Below, one piece after another: positions 36,653 to 50,101 of a stretch of DNA of 60,815 nucleotides. The translations under genes were made by a program, and so were the position numbers. Below the pieces are notes generated by a model. That model was not told where the DNA came from. It saw nothing but the letters and a program-made list of their open reading frames with translations, and did no database searches. How positions within the stretch are numbered: position 1 is the stretch's first letter; the number at the start of each line of letters is the position of its first letter. Source of the stretch: Eremomyces bilateralis CBS 781.70 (Eukaryota); the NCBI GenBank assembly GCA_010015585.1, contig ML975156.1. One strand, written 5' to 3'.

Positions 36653-38887
36653 CTACTCAATCCTCAGCGTCTGCCACGACTTGCTCAGCTTCCAATCCTC
36701 AAGCTCCACACTGATCGGCCCCGTGATCGTCCTCCCCCCTCCACTTCCCATCACTGAAATCGCCCATTAGTCCCTATCATCACCCCGTTGAACACCGGCA
36801 GGCTCTTAATCTCCACCGTCCCGATCCGCTCATATACCCGATCCGCCTTCCGATCCAGCAGCAGCACGTCCGCCTTACGTCGCTTCCGGTGGCATCGGAG
36901 AAGCACGCCGGTGAACGATTCCGTCACGAGCCGCCGCGCGAGCGCCACCGAGTCGTCGCTCAGCTCAATCTTCTTGTACTCGATGCAGTCCTCCAGCACC
37001 ATGTTGCCGACGTGCGCGACGCCGACGTGGTTGTAGGCGTAGTACCCCGCGTGCTGCACGATGTCACCACGCTCCATGCGCCGGATGCGGAGCTGGACGG
37101 TCCACGCCTGGAGAACCAGGATGCGCGGGAGCGACGTAAGCGGGCGGTCGCGGTCGACGAGGCGCAGGTGGATGGCGTCCCAGTCGAGGAACTTATCATC
37201 GGGGGTCCAGGCTCCGAGGATGGTGGGCGTGTCGGGATGGGTGAGATCGCAGGTGCTGCCTTGGTAGCTGTGCGTCAGCCCGTCGGAGGGGAGACCGCAC
37301 TCCCAGCCGACCCACGACCAGCTTGAGAAGTTGGGCCGACGGCGGGATTTGCCTCGGTCGCTCCAGGTTAGGGCGGTCAGGAAGCAATGGATGGGCTGCC
37401 ACGGGCCGAAGCGGATGTAGGAATCCTCCTTCATCAGAATCGGAATCCCCCAGAAATGCCGAAGCGTTGTCTCTGGTGTCTGTAGGTAGGCGAGCACACC
37501 CAGGAATCCGTTGAGCGAGTCGTTGTCATAGGACAGCTTGCGGCGCGAGTACTCGGAGATGTACTTCCAGACATCGAAGAGTACGAGGTTAGCGGTCGAG
37601 AGCTGGAAGATCTCTAGATTGGCGTCCATATAGTACATCTGTAGCGAGGGGTCGTGTCAGTCCGCGAGGGTTGGCGGATGCGCTTCGGTGCATTGCATAC
37701 TGCGGCACTCCCAGTAGACCTGCTCTTCGGTGAAGAAGATTCGGCGTGTTGAGAGCATCGCTTCTTGGTATGCCCAGCCTCGGCTGTCCCATGTCGATTT
37801 CCAAATCTTAACCTTTGGGTGCTGCAACGTGGAGAAGAGCGTATGCCGTCCAAGGGCTGCCGTTGGCTGCTCATCTCGCTGGCGTGACTCAGCCCCTGGG
37901 AGTCCGAAGTCTGCACCATCGCCAGATGCTCCAAGGAGCGTGGCTTGTGCCTGTTTGTATATGATATCCATCTGGCTGATCTGCGAGTGCTTGGTCTGAG
38001 AATCCGTGGGTATGCAGTGCCGGTCCACCCAGAGATATCGATACCCTAGCCTCTTCGTCACATCAATAGCGTCGCGGACGGTCTGGGGTAGACGATTTCG
38101 GATCAGCGTTCCATTCTTAACCGCATCGACAGAGGCATTCGGACCCCAGACGTAGCTCAAAGCTATGTACTCCATGTTACGTGTCGCTGTGATGATTCTG
38201 TTATCCGAATTGCAATCAATCAGCTGGAATCCCTGCACAGGGTCGCCGGCCGAAATAGAGCAGAGCTGGGTGTGGTGTTTTCGGCAGAAGTTCAACCACA
38301 TGGATATCTGATCGAAGTCCGCGGTCTGCCGATCTATCAACTTCCCTCTACTTGGCAAAGGAGCGCTGCCAATTGGCTTCTTCCACGAGATATAACCGGT
38401 TTTCCTCAGCCCAGGGCCCAGATCCCCCGTGTGGCAACGATCTTTGTCTTCGTCGGTCGTGACCGCGAGTAAAGGCATATCCAGTTCTCTGATGAAGCGG
38501 GAATCTACTTTCTTAAATTCCCGATCACAGAGTCGCCGCGTTAGCAATCGCAGGACATAGTAGCCTGGTCCACTTGTGTTTCGCACGGCGGCATATCGGA
38601 AGACATTGCAGAGCGGACAGGTCTTACATCAGGTCTTGTAGTCCCCAAGGTTACTGACCAGTACGCCGGAGTGTTCCTTGGGCTTATAGACGTTGGATTC
38701 GACGGCGTCCAAGAACGATTCTAGCCGCAGGCCATTACAGAGGCGGCAGAGATTTATGTCCCATCCCCGCGTGCCTTTTGGCCGGGTTGTCCGGGGACGG
38801 ATCTTGGATGCCCTTTCGGTCGGGTCGCAATTTCACTTCTCGGGCGAATGGAATCGCTAGGGGAGGTGGAGCTCGTTGAACTGACAT
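36653..38887 (-). pseudogene. HET-domain (heterokaryon incompatibility, PF06985-type) pseudogene
   Basis: YIALSYVWG, LPQTVRDAI, RYLWVDRHCI, QISQMDIIY, WDSRGWAYQE, FSSWSWVGW. In-frame TGA at ~38630 and 37657-37659; apparent frameshifts near 38760 and 36770 (alternative frame ends WQTLRIE*). Confidence 0.85.
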
Positions 38888-39359
38888 TGCATTTATGTAG
38901 TGATTACCGCATGGCAGATTGAGAGAAGAGGCATTTATGAGCCAGATCCTCTGTACACAGCCCCCGAAAGGCGCATAGCTAAACCAACATTGTGGCTGCA
39001 GGCGAAACCGCCCACCAAGCCAGCATGTCTAGCATCCATTTTGGTCACGGGTATATGGAGACTCCAAGCAATCCGGTACAAATGCAGCGAGACTCGAGAA
39101 AATAAAAGATAAAGTGAAGGTTATACCATACCTACGTCCTCGCCTATTCGCCGTTTAGCAGGCATGGGTGCTCACCAGCTCAACATAGAAGTCATCTTAA
39201 TTCTTGCCGCAAGAAAATGTCCGGTTCGGATTGCTTGAGAAGCTCGGAGATGCGTATGAACCGCTGGGCGACATAACCCCATTGGGTCGTCACAGTCTTT
39301 AATGATTTGCTCGGCCATGGTGGTCGAAAACGTGTAAATGTGAGGTGGGTGAAGAGGAG

Positions 39360-39363
<4 letters not shown>

Positions 39364-39426
<63 letters not shown>
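39364..39426. repeat. (AG)~31 microsatellite
   Basis: Uninterrupted AG dinucleotide run of about 63 nt. Confidence 0.98.
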
Positions 39427-39430
<4 letters not shown>

Positions 39431-42400
39431 CGCCCGTCAGGCCTCTGAAGAGGAGATATTAAGAGGAGAGTATACCGACGTCTGTTACGAAGTATTCCCT
39501 CTTCACGTGATACGGCCACGTGGAAATCCTGGTAAGCGCGATTCAGTGAATTATGGATCTTGAAATAGATCCTGAGGTTTTTGATTCTAAATTAATCAAT
39601 ATACGGACATTCTATGCAGATGGAGTTGACTTGACCCCCTAGTGAGAAGACTAACAATTCCTCGAGGCTGCTATGTATATGTTGTCTCATGACGACAATA
39701 TCAAGACACTGGGAATTCCAATCCCAAAGGGCAAGTATTACCTTGATACAAGAGTGGTCACGGATCTTCCGTACATCCGGTTGGATTCAACGATCATCTC
39801 CACGTTCGCCAGTTGAGGTCCCACGTTGGAAAGGGCGGATTATTGTTGACGTCAAAGATCGACTTGTTCCCCTCGTTCGGAAGGTCGAGCGCGAAGGCGA
39901 ATTTGATCTCCGACGCCGCGTGTTCTTGACCTTGATTCCAGCTCTCCAACATCCATTGATTATCAAACACAATAGTTACAAAATCTTAGCTAATCGCCGT
40001 CCTATCACCATCTCAACATCTGAAGGTTCAAGGTACACATGAATGCCAAGGGAGCATCCATCCAACCGCATCACCACTTCGTAATCTCACCATCCGAAGG
40101 AGCCTGGTGGAGGCTACTATGCTACAACAGCGGGGCCACCACCTGCGCAAGCGGCCACACCAACGCGTTCCTAACGCACCCCGAACCCAATTTTCCTCGA
40201 ACCAAACGGCTTCCACGCCGGCTTGCAAACGGCGTTGTGATTTTCAATCGTTGGAACGTCCAGCGGCGAGCGCAGGAATAAGCCAATTACTGGAGACGTC
40301 AGTGTGAAAACCCGCGTGGTGGTTCCACCACAGTTAAAGGCACCTGCATATCTGATGCATGCTGGATTCTTGCAGGCAACAGCCACCAGGAGACAATTAT
40401 TCGGTTCAGACTGCAGAGTGCAGGCAACAGAGACATTTGGAGTCTAGACCAAACCCTGAACAATGAACATAAGGAATTGGGGGTGAACGGGGAGCGTATC
40501 GGCAGGAAAAAGCTCCCCAGCTCCGGGCCCCCCTTGTCCGAAGATGCGGTGACGATATGCACAGTTTCGCCAGGCACGCGACAAGGCGGCTAGCATGATG
40601 ATTGATGATCCATCCTCTGACCTCTCATCCCGACCAATTCCGTGTCGGGCTGGATGTGTTGCCGCGGGATCTCTATGGGATCACAATTTACAAAGAGGGA
40701 TCGACCAATGATCTCGACGACGGTACTAAGCCGGGGAAGGGAGATACGAAGGATCCTCACTTTCTTATTTCTAGACGACCTCGAGCGTTTGATCATTGAT
40801 GCAAACGGGTTTGGCGAGTTGCATGACGATAGGAGACCTGTGGGAGGTCTCAGGTCAAAGAGGCGAGAGACCGAGAGGTGAAGGGAGGAGAGTAAAAAAA
40901 AGGCATCCGTCAGACCGGTCAGCCTGGACTCTGGGCCCTCAATCGCAAAAATGGAAATGTGGAGCGAGGCCGATCGGGATTTTCGGGATGGGCTGCCATT
41001 TGACCAGGGAATCAGCGAACTAATTAACGGTGATTCCTTGCCCAAGTCGACGGATTGAATTGAAATTGATCTGACTTGTTGAGCCGCGTGTAGCTACAGG
41101 ATGTTTCATCGCATGGTACGGAGGATTACCGTGGTTTGGTCGCTGGGAGACCACAAACAATCTATCTGGATAGGTTTCTGCTGCTCGTATCTAGGATGGG
41201 CTGCATGAGATAGATGTATTCCAAAGCATCACCATTCACCCGATGTTGACGAGGTGATGTTGTTGAGGCTTTAGGCTCCCCTGACTCGTCGATTTTCACC
41301 GAGCATCGCGGTTGGTATCGCACTACGTAGTAAGCCACACCAACCGGCAACAAACCACGCGAGAGGATATTATTATCCCGGGCATTCAGGCTTCCAATGG
41401 AAGGGGGAAACCGGAAAATGCAGCATTTTTTTGGAGCGGCACCAGGATGCACGATGCACGATGAAGGGAATCCTTGCATGACTGACGTTTGTGAATGGCC
41501 CATCATTCATCAATCTATCCCTCTAAACCATCACTCCATCAACCCTCCATCATCGGTTCATGTGTCCCTCGTTTCAGCCTTCTGCCTTCAGCTCCTGCTC
41601 CGTATTTCCCTCTTCCCTCAAGAACCGAGAATCAACAATCAAGGACCATTGTCGGAACAAACGAAGAATTCCTTGACAAAACTCCCCCAAACTTCCTATC
41701 ATCACCGTTTGATCTCGTCCATCAGATTATTGCCGCTTGCCGGTGACACCAAGCATTCAAGCATCGGAAAAGTGGATATCGTCGACGAGGCAACAGCAGA
41801 GAAAAGAGGGAACCGAAAAGAGGAACCAGAACAGGAGGGCCCAGTCTCTTGTGTCCTTCAACTCCTGGCCATTCGGGAATCGGAGCTCAAGAGGCGAACA
41901 AAGTCGACAAGTTTGCCTTCGTTGCTCTTCATCATTCCTCATCTGGTATCCACGACTTGGTGTCTTCCGGTACGTTGCGGGATTGTTCCACGGTTCGGCA
42001 GCAGTCTTGTCGACACCTTGCATCACCATTCACATTCATCAAACGCCACCATTGCCCAATTCCCATTCTCTCATTCCTGTGTATCCAAGGAGCCACGGGG
42101 ATTTGTGCCTTGCTTAAGCCTCAACTACCTATTATTATCAGTAATTCCCTTTCGGCAGCGGTACCATTCACGGAATTTACCAAGCCGTTTACTGTCTACT
42201 ACGTACGTAGTAAGCTGTAACAAGCTGTCGCAGCAAGGAATAAATTCCAGGATCTAGCATTCCCATTCCATCCAATCCGCAGGCTCCCAACCATTTTAGT
42301 TTTCTCGGCCTTTTACTTCTGCCCTGTCGAAATCATCATAGCGGCATCCCCAAATCCACCGCCGCTTGACCGCTTCAAGTTCGTGGGCAAACTTTCCCGT

Positions 42401-42587
42401 CTTTCCTCTTTTCGCTGTTGGTGCCGTCGTGCGCTCGTGCCGTGGTTCGCCCCGTCAACTTTTCTGGTCGATTTCACCTCCGTCGAACGACCCGATTTTT
42501 GGCATTTCTCCTGGAGGCGGCGAATACTTGCGATCACCATCTCAAAACACCACTCCCAAGACCCCAAACCCAAAGCATTATTCCAAG

Positions 42588-44299
42588 ATGCCATACAATA
42601 CTCGCCGCAAGTCGTTGTCGCTGCCCTCGATGGGAATCCAGATCCCGACATCCAGAGCGCATCGTTCACCGCCGTCCACCATCTCATCCAGCTCCAGCAC
42701 CACCTCGACCGCCACTCACCACCGTCACCACAACAACACAACAAACACCGCGACCGCACCCGAGCAAACATCACCACCCGCAAAACGACTCAAACGATCG
42801 CATATCTCCAGCTCGACATCTCCGCCTCCACCCACATTCCAGCGGCGACCGTCGGTAAAATTCCACGATGAGCGACCATCGGCGCATCGTCCGTCGCAAC
42901 AGACGCCTCCGCCATCACCCGGGGCGAGCGACGGACTGAAGGTCGATACCGATGGCATCAACGACGACGTGGTCGTCGGCGTGATCGAGCAACTGGAGAA
43001 GACGGGCAATCGGCCGCACATGCTGAAGGAGCTTGCTGCCATTCTGCACGGGGTCGTCCCAGTGGTCCAAACGTACGTCAAACTCCCAATCCACCCCTTC
43101 AGAGTTCCATTACCCCTATCCGCCGTTCATAAGCTGATCTCTCCCAATCCAGTTCCGCCAATCCCACAGCCGTCATCTCATCCCGTCTCACCACCTACCT
43201 CCGCCGCCCCTGGACCACCCTCTCCCCCTGCCCCCTCTCCAAAGAGCTCGTCGACGTCCACCCGCGCAAAGTCTACTTCTTCCTCACCAACCAACCCCGG
43301 CAACCCATCCCCACCCTCCCGCCGGCTCTCCTCTCCACCAACCGCATCATCTCCCCCTCCCTCTCCTCCCACCCCGACGAAGAAGACGACGAATCCACCA
43401 CCGCCTCCGAGGCGCTCCGCCGCCGCCAAATCTCCCCCTCCCCGGAACTCGACCTCAGCTCGCCCGAGATGGAAGACGCGACCCTACATCCTGGCCAGCG
43501 CGATGCACCCATGAGCTTCGGGTCGCATGCGCCGTCGAATCCGCGCCTCCACCACAGCCCGACCGGAATGGGCCGGCATCGCGGCGCAAGCCCGCAGGCC
43601 GAGGGCGTGGAGCGCGAGTTCGAGCAGATGGTGTCGACGCTGCGCCGGCGCAGCAAGTCGCTCAGCGTCGAGCTATCCCGCGCCTCGAAAGAGCCCCCTA
43701 TATCCACCACATCCACCACCACCTCCACATCGCCCCCGAACTCCGTCGCCTCCTTTCCCCGCGCAGTCTCCTCTACTTCGACCTCCGCCTCCACCACCAC
43801 CTCCGCTCACCCCCACATCAAACAAGAAGACCTCCCCGACGCCGACCACCCGACCTCCATCCCGAGCCACCCCGCCGACGTTGGCGCCAACCCCGACGCG
43901 ATGCGCCTCGACCTCGACGCCGACGAGCTCGCCGCCCGCGAAATCGAGGAATCCGACGCCATCGCCGCGCTGCGTAACTCTGAGGCCGCGGCGGCGCTGT
44001 TCGGCGACGGGGCGATTTCGGTACCGGCGGGCGCGGTGGAGGATGTGCCGATGCTGATGGTGGCGGGGGGTTATGAGGGAGAGGTGGAGATGGAGGAAAT
44101 ACGAATGGGAATGGGGCAGGCGGGTGCTGGTACCGAAGTGGGTGGAAAGTTCGGCGAGGGCGCGCGGGTTGAGCTATCGATGGAACGGGAGGTGGAAATG
44201 GAGATAGAAACAGGAGGGTTCGAGGGGGAGTGGGAGGAGTTTCGGAGTCCGGAGGCGGTGGAGGTGGAGGAGTTGGAGGAGCTGTTTGGGGACTTCTGA
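42588..44299 (+). CDS. GDS1-like winged-helix domain protein
   Basis: MPYNTRRKSLSLPSMGI..TPPPSPG..INDDVVVGVIEQLEKTGNRPHMLKELA; intron 43073-43152; SANPTAVISSRLTTYLRRPW..HPRKVYFFLT..SPEAVEVEELEELFGDF. Confidence 0.8.
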
Positions 44300-45455
44300 A
44301 GGAGTGGTTGTTTTGGTCTTTCCTTTACCATTTCAAGAGATATTATCATATTCATCGTACGGAGCGGGACGGATGGTTGGCGGGGCAGTCTTTGATTTTT
44401 TTTCTCTCTCTCTTTTCTTGTCTCCGCGATATCGGGAAGGGAACCATGGCGCAAAAAGTAGGGAGTCCCGTGTCGCCTCCTGCATGTTTCTCTCTTCTCT
44501 GCTCACGTTGCGACTTTGCTCTCCCCCCTCACCTCAGCTCCCCCCCGGTCGCTTTCCGCAGTAATATCCAGATCATTCCGATACTCTTTTCTTTGCCTTG
44601 CTCTCCTATCTCATCTAGATCTCCGTTTGTCGCGCAAGCGAACCTGGGCTGGAGCGATGGGACGTGGTTTTAGAACCCCCTACCTGTCTGCGTCGCTTCG
44701 GATCGGATGGCGATGGCGTGACTTTTATCGCATAGTGCGAGGTGGATTTGGGTTCGAAGCCGGATGGTGGGTTGGGTGCATTAGACTTTGGATGATAGAG
44801 ACGATACCTTGTTAGATGGAGCAGCGAATGCATCTGTTAAAGCATATCAGCTGGTTGGCTATTATATTACTGTGATGCGTTCCTCGATCTGTATCTGACA
44901 ATTCTGGCTCCGTTGTTCCATTCTAACATCACACCGTTCCTAATGCTCGCTCGCAACCATCCCATTAATATCGTCTTGCTCCATTTAGATATCCCCTGAA
45001 TTCCTCTGTCGAAATCGCACTTTGAAGAAACTCGGTGTGTGATTGGTTGCCGGAAAACAAAACCGCGATTGGCGATCTGCAGTCGGACAATCCCAGCCTC
45101 CATGATTTCCGGGCACACGACAACGCATGAAGTGAAAACGTAACGTCGCGGACTACGGGATTTTGTGGCTCCTGTGATATTTGTGAGCACTTCGTTCGGT
45201 ATTAAGATTCATGTCAAGAAAATTTCGTTTGCAGCTCGAGTTTATAGCATCGCGCTTACGATTTTGTGTTCACGTCAAGAGCCGGATATCGCCCAACGTC
45301 AGCGGTACTTCACAGCAAGTCGGAGCTGCCAGGCCACTTTTGCGATTCTTAATTTTACGTGACAGCATGACTTCACCGTAGCTATTCTGTAACCCAAGTA
45401 TCGCTAATATCCAGCCCTCCTTCATTTTGGCATCTCTTCCCAACCCTCACCCACC

Positions 45456-47566
45456 ATGCCCTCTCACGTGGAAGACGAGCGCATCGTCTACGTCCGCCGC
45501 TCCGACCACCACCACCGGCACGGCAGCCGGGACGACCGGGACGATCGGGACGACGACCGCAGAGAGACGGTGATTATCAGGCGACGCGACGACGATGACC
45601 GCAGAAGAGACGATGAGCGGAGGTCGTCGTCACTGCTGCCGCGGAGGGAGGAAGACGAGGAGCGGAGGGAGGTGCTGGTGAGGAGGGAAGGGGAGGGGAG
45701 GCAGAGGCGGAGGGAGAGGAGGCATGGAGCGGGGGGACCGATTAAACGGTTGGTGGTGGCTTGTGATGGTAAGTGGGTTTTGTGAACTTTGAGGATTTCG
45801 AGATGGGGTTGCGAGAAGAGCTTGGAACGGTCTGGTGAGCAAGGGGGCTGAGAATGGAGAGATTGTGTTTCTTCATGGTCGGGGTGCGTGATTCGGAGAC
45901 GAATCCACAGATTCGAGGAATTGAAGCAAGAAAGGAGGCGGTCATGGAGTCCTCATATATCGCATCAAAAAATATTGTTCGCCATCAACTAACAACGATT
46001 CCAGGAACATGGGTGAGTCGAGCGAAATGTCCCTATAGGAAATAACCCCAAGGCGCTGAATCATCCAGCTTGACTCCGACAATGGCATGATCAACGGCCA
46101 AATCGCCGTCCCTAGCAACGTTACCCGCCTCTCCCGCGCCATCAAATCCGAATCTTTCGACGGCATTCAGCAAGTCGTCTACTACCACGCCGGGGTTGGC
46201 ACCTCAGGTTCTATCCTCAACCGCATCGCCGTCGGCGCCACCGGCGAGGGTATCGAGTCCGACGTCCGCGAAGGCTACTCGTTCATCTGCAACAACTGGG
46301 CACCCGGCGACGAGATCTTCCTAATGGGTTTCTCCCGCGGCGCGTTCACCGCACGCAGCATCGCCGGACTGGTCGGAGAGATCGGTGTGCTGACGAAGAA
46401 AGGGCTGCATGAGTTGGTCGAGATCTATCACGACGTCACGCATCGGAGGGATCGGAGATATCGGCCGAGGAATCCGGATCGGCCGTTTCCGAATAAGCCA
46501 AGTGCGAGTGATCCGATGTATCGGATCGAGTTGGAGAGGGTGAGTAAACGAGTTTGCGAACGTGGCGGAAGGAACTGACAATCGAAGCGCGGACTCACCA
46601 CTTTAGATGTCTCTGTCAAGGCGATTGCTGTTTGGGATACGGTCGGTTCACTCGGCGCTCCTCGCGTCCCCATCCTAACGCGCTTGGGGATTCAGACCGA
46701 GGAATCCAAAGATATGCAATTCCACGACACCAAGCTTTCTATTGGCGTGGAAAATGCCTTTCAAGCGCTTGCCCTGGATGAGCGACGGGGCATGTTTTCT
46801 CCCGCGGTGTGGGAAAAGCCTAGGGGAAACAACACCACGCTTCGCCAGGTCTGGTTTCCCGGCGTCCATTCCAGCGTCGGCGGTGGGCAGGACGATATGA
46901 ATCTGTCGAATATATCGCTGGCGTGGATGATGGCGCAATTGGAGCCGTTTATAGACATGGATACGGATTACGTGCTTCGACAGGAAGATATGAATATCCG
47001 ATGGTATAAAGAGGGGAGGATGAGAGTGCGGCCGTGGTCGTTCGGTAAATCCCCCTGATTCGAGCGAGACAACTAGTTCATAGGCTGTTCATCCGGATCT
47101 AATCTGTCCTGCTAACAATCCCCCAGGTCATTTCCCCGAATCCATGCGAGGTGTCTATTCCATAGCCGGTGGCACAACCCGTACGCCAGGCCGCTACTAC
47201 GCCATCGATCCACCCACCGGGGAAGAATCCGACCGCCCGCTCCGCGATACCTGCGAGTACGTCCACCCATCCGTCCGCACACGGATCCGGCTCCGCGGCC
47301 CAGGAAGAGATGACCGCGGACCGTACGAACCCGAGGCCTTGGACGACTGGAAACTCATGATCGAGTACCCGCCCGAGGATCCCGAAGGAAGGCACTCGAA
47401 GCCCCGAGTCTTCTGGAGAGCCAGGTTTAGAGAGGAGGCGGTTAGCACAAGGGTGCTGCCGGAGGCGCCGCTTTGGGGTGTGGAGAAGCAGTTGTTAGCA
47501 CTGGATCCGGAGACGGAGGAATATGTGTATCGACCACCACCATCTAGAAGAAGGGATAGGGGATAA
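45456..47566 (+). CDS. DUF2235 (Tle1-like alpha/beta-hydrolase) protein with Arg/Asp/Glu-rich N-terminus
   Basis: KRLVVACDGTW (completed by an 8-nt micro-exon 46005-46012), SNVTRL, YYHAGVGT, GFSRGAFTAR, VWDTVGSLG, ALALDERR, QVWFPGVHSSVGGG; 5 exons. Confidence 0.92.
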
Positions 47567-47987
47567 AGGGGTAATATGACTACGGCATTGGTCAAAGTGG
47601 CCGCAGGATAAAGGTGTTATACCAAGTGCCATACCAGACCTTTTAACAATGATACTATATTTCACTGAACACCACCTCATTCCCCGTCACCTAGTCCATC
47701 ACAGCAAACTTAAGCTTCCAGTTGTTGGTGTTCGCCATTGATTAAAACTAAATCGAGTATTTTCAGGATGCACGTGACCAAATATGTGACGATTCGCACA
47801 GCGGACGACTCACGCCGCACAGGCAGTTGCAATTTATCGGAATGACGATGTGAACTTTTGACTCAGCACTTTTTTGATAGAACCAGTAAACAACCAATTG
47901 ATACCTCGCCACGAATTCAAGGTCTCTGCGGTGTTTTCCCTTTCCCCAAATCCAAAATAAAGAGATTTCTGCTCTCATCCGTGCGAT

Positions 47988-50101
47988 ATGAGCGAGCCCG
48001 CGCCGGAGACGGCAACATTGCCCGAGCGGCCGAAGAAAGTGAAGGAGCCTAAGAAGCCGAAACCACCGAAGCAGCCAAAGGCGCCTAAGCCCAAAAATGA
48101 ACAACAAGGCAAACCGAAGTCTAAAGCGGCAGCTGCCTTTGCACATGATCCGGATTCTATGTTCAAAGTCGGCTTCCTCTCCGATGTCTATGAAGAGAAG
48201 CCTGTATCGGACACGGTCCAGAAAATCGTGACACGATTTCCTCCTGAGCCGAATGGATTCCTACACATTGGCCATAGCAAAGCGATCGCGGTGAATTTCG
48301 GATTCGCTAGATATCATAAAGGCGATTGCTTCCTTCGCTTTGACGACACCAACCCGCAAGGAGAGGAAGCGAAGTACTTCATCGCGATCGAGGAGATCGT
48401 CCGTTGGCTCGGGTTCAGTCCGGTGCGGATCACCAACGCAAGCGATAATTTCGATCGTCTCTACGAGCTTGCTGAGGATCTTATCCAAAGAGATGGCGCT
48501 TATGTTTGCCATTGCACGAGTATGAGTAGTGTTCCGTGCAGGTAGATCCCCATGCTGACGTCTATTTAGAGGCCGAAATCAAAGCGCAACGCGGCGAGAG
48601 CGCAGAAGGCACGAGGGGACAAGCTCGATATGCGTGTACCCATCGTTCCAGACCGATTGACGAATCCCTTCAGGAGTTCCGGGCAATGCGTGACGGCAAG
48701 TACAAGCCGGGCGAAGCAGCCCTTCGCATGAAGCAAGATCTTGAAGACCCCAACCCGCAAATGTGGGATCTATTCGCCTATCGGATATTGGGTGAGGAGG
48801 AGTCTCACCATTTCCGAACCGGGGACAAGTGGAAAATCTACCCCACCTATGATTTTGCGCACTGTTTGTGCGATAGTGCCGAGGGCATCACGCATTCACT
48901 GTGCACGACCGAGTTTGAATTGTCTCGTGTCTCTTACGAGTGGCTCTGTGATAAACTTGAAATATACAAGCCGATGCAGAGGGAGTAAGTCATATGTGTT
49001 CCTTGCTCCTCCCAGCTATTAATTTGATTCAAGGTACGGCCGCCTGAATGTCTCAGGTACAGTCCTCTCCAAGCGTAAAATCGTCCAGCTCGTCAAAGAG
49101 GGCCATGTCAGGGACTGGGACGATCCGCGGCTATACACGCTTATTGCGCTGCGTCGCCGTGGTATCCCTCCTCGGGCCATTCTCAATTTTGTCAACGAGT
49201 TGGGAGTCACCAAGGCGAAGACGAACATTCAGGTGACGCGTCTGGAGCAGACAGTACGGAGGTACCTCGAAGTGACTGTCCCCCGTCTCATGGTTGTCCT
49301 GGAGCCCCTGAAAGTCGTGATCGACGAACTTCCGGATGATCACGTGGAGATGGTCGATCTTCCTTTCGGCAAGGATGAGTCGTTTGGGGTAAGCAATAGT
49401 ACTTAATGCATGCACCAACGGGAGTTACTGACGGTGGACGATAGACGCACACAGTTCCATTGAGCAAAACGGTTTACATTGAGAGGAGCGATTTCCGGGA
49501 AGAGGATTCGCCAGACTACTTCCGCCTCGCGCCTGGGAAATCAGTCGGTCTCTTCAGGGCACCGTACCCGATCATCGCAACCTCCTATGATAAGGACCCT
49601 GAAACTGGCGCCGTCATTTGTGTTCATGCAAAGCTCGAGAAACCAGGTGAAGATGGGAAGATAAAGAGGCCCAAAGCGTGAGCAAGCCCCAAGCAATGTG
49701 CGCAATCTGGAAGTACACAACTAAAACCAACTCACAGCTTCGTCCACTGGGTTGCGGAAGCACCCGCCCAAGGCAGTCCACTCCGCGCCGAAGTCCGTGT
49801 CTCCAACCAGCTCTTCAAGTCCGATGATCCATCTGCGCATCCCCAAGGATTCCTCGCAGACATCAATCCCGACTCAGAAGAGATTTATCCAGATGCGATG
49901 GTTGAAACCGGATTTAAGGACATTCGGGCGTCGGCACCATGGCCGAAGGAGGGAGGGGAGAAGGAGCAGACAGGGGATTCGGTTCGCCCTGAGACGGTGA
50001 GGTTCCAAGCAATGCGCGTTGGATACTTCACGGTCGATCGTGAAACGACGGATGATAAGCTGATATTGAATCGGATCGTCAGCTTGAAATCGTCAGCTTG
50101 A
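47988..50101 (+). CDS. GLN4: Glutaminyl-tRNA synthetase
   Basis: [71 protein letters not shown]; four GT-AG introns splice in frame. Confidence 0.96.

Noticed and set aside
37657..37659. Readthrough or A-to-I editing of the HET in-frame TGA codons
   Set aside because: Additional frameshifts are present, so simple pseudogenisation is more parsimonious.
39172..39519. 115-aa ORF containing SLSLSL
   Set aside because: The N-terminal part is just translation of the AG/CT microsatellite.
41397..42257. 286-aa ORF
   Set aside because: No recognisable domain and atypical composition; more likely the leader or promoter region of the GDS1-like gene, though not excluded.
27063..50101. Functional tRNA-metabolism cluster (tRNA-like element, TRM1, GLN4)
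   Set aside because: Widely spaced and interleaved with unrelated genes; no evidence beyond coincidence.
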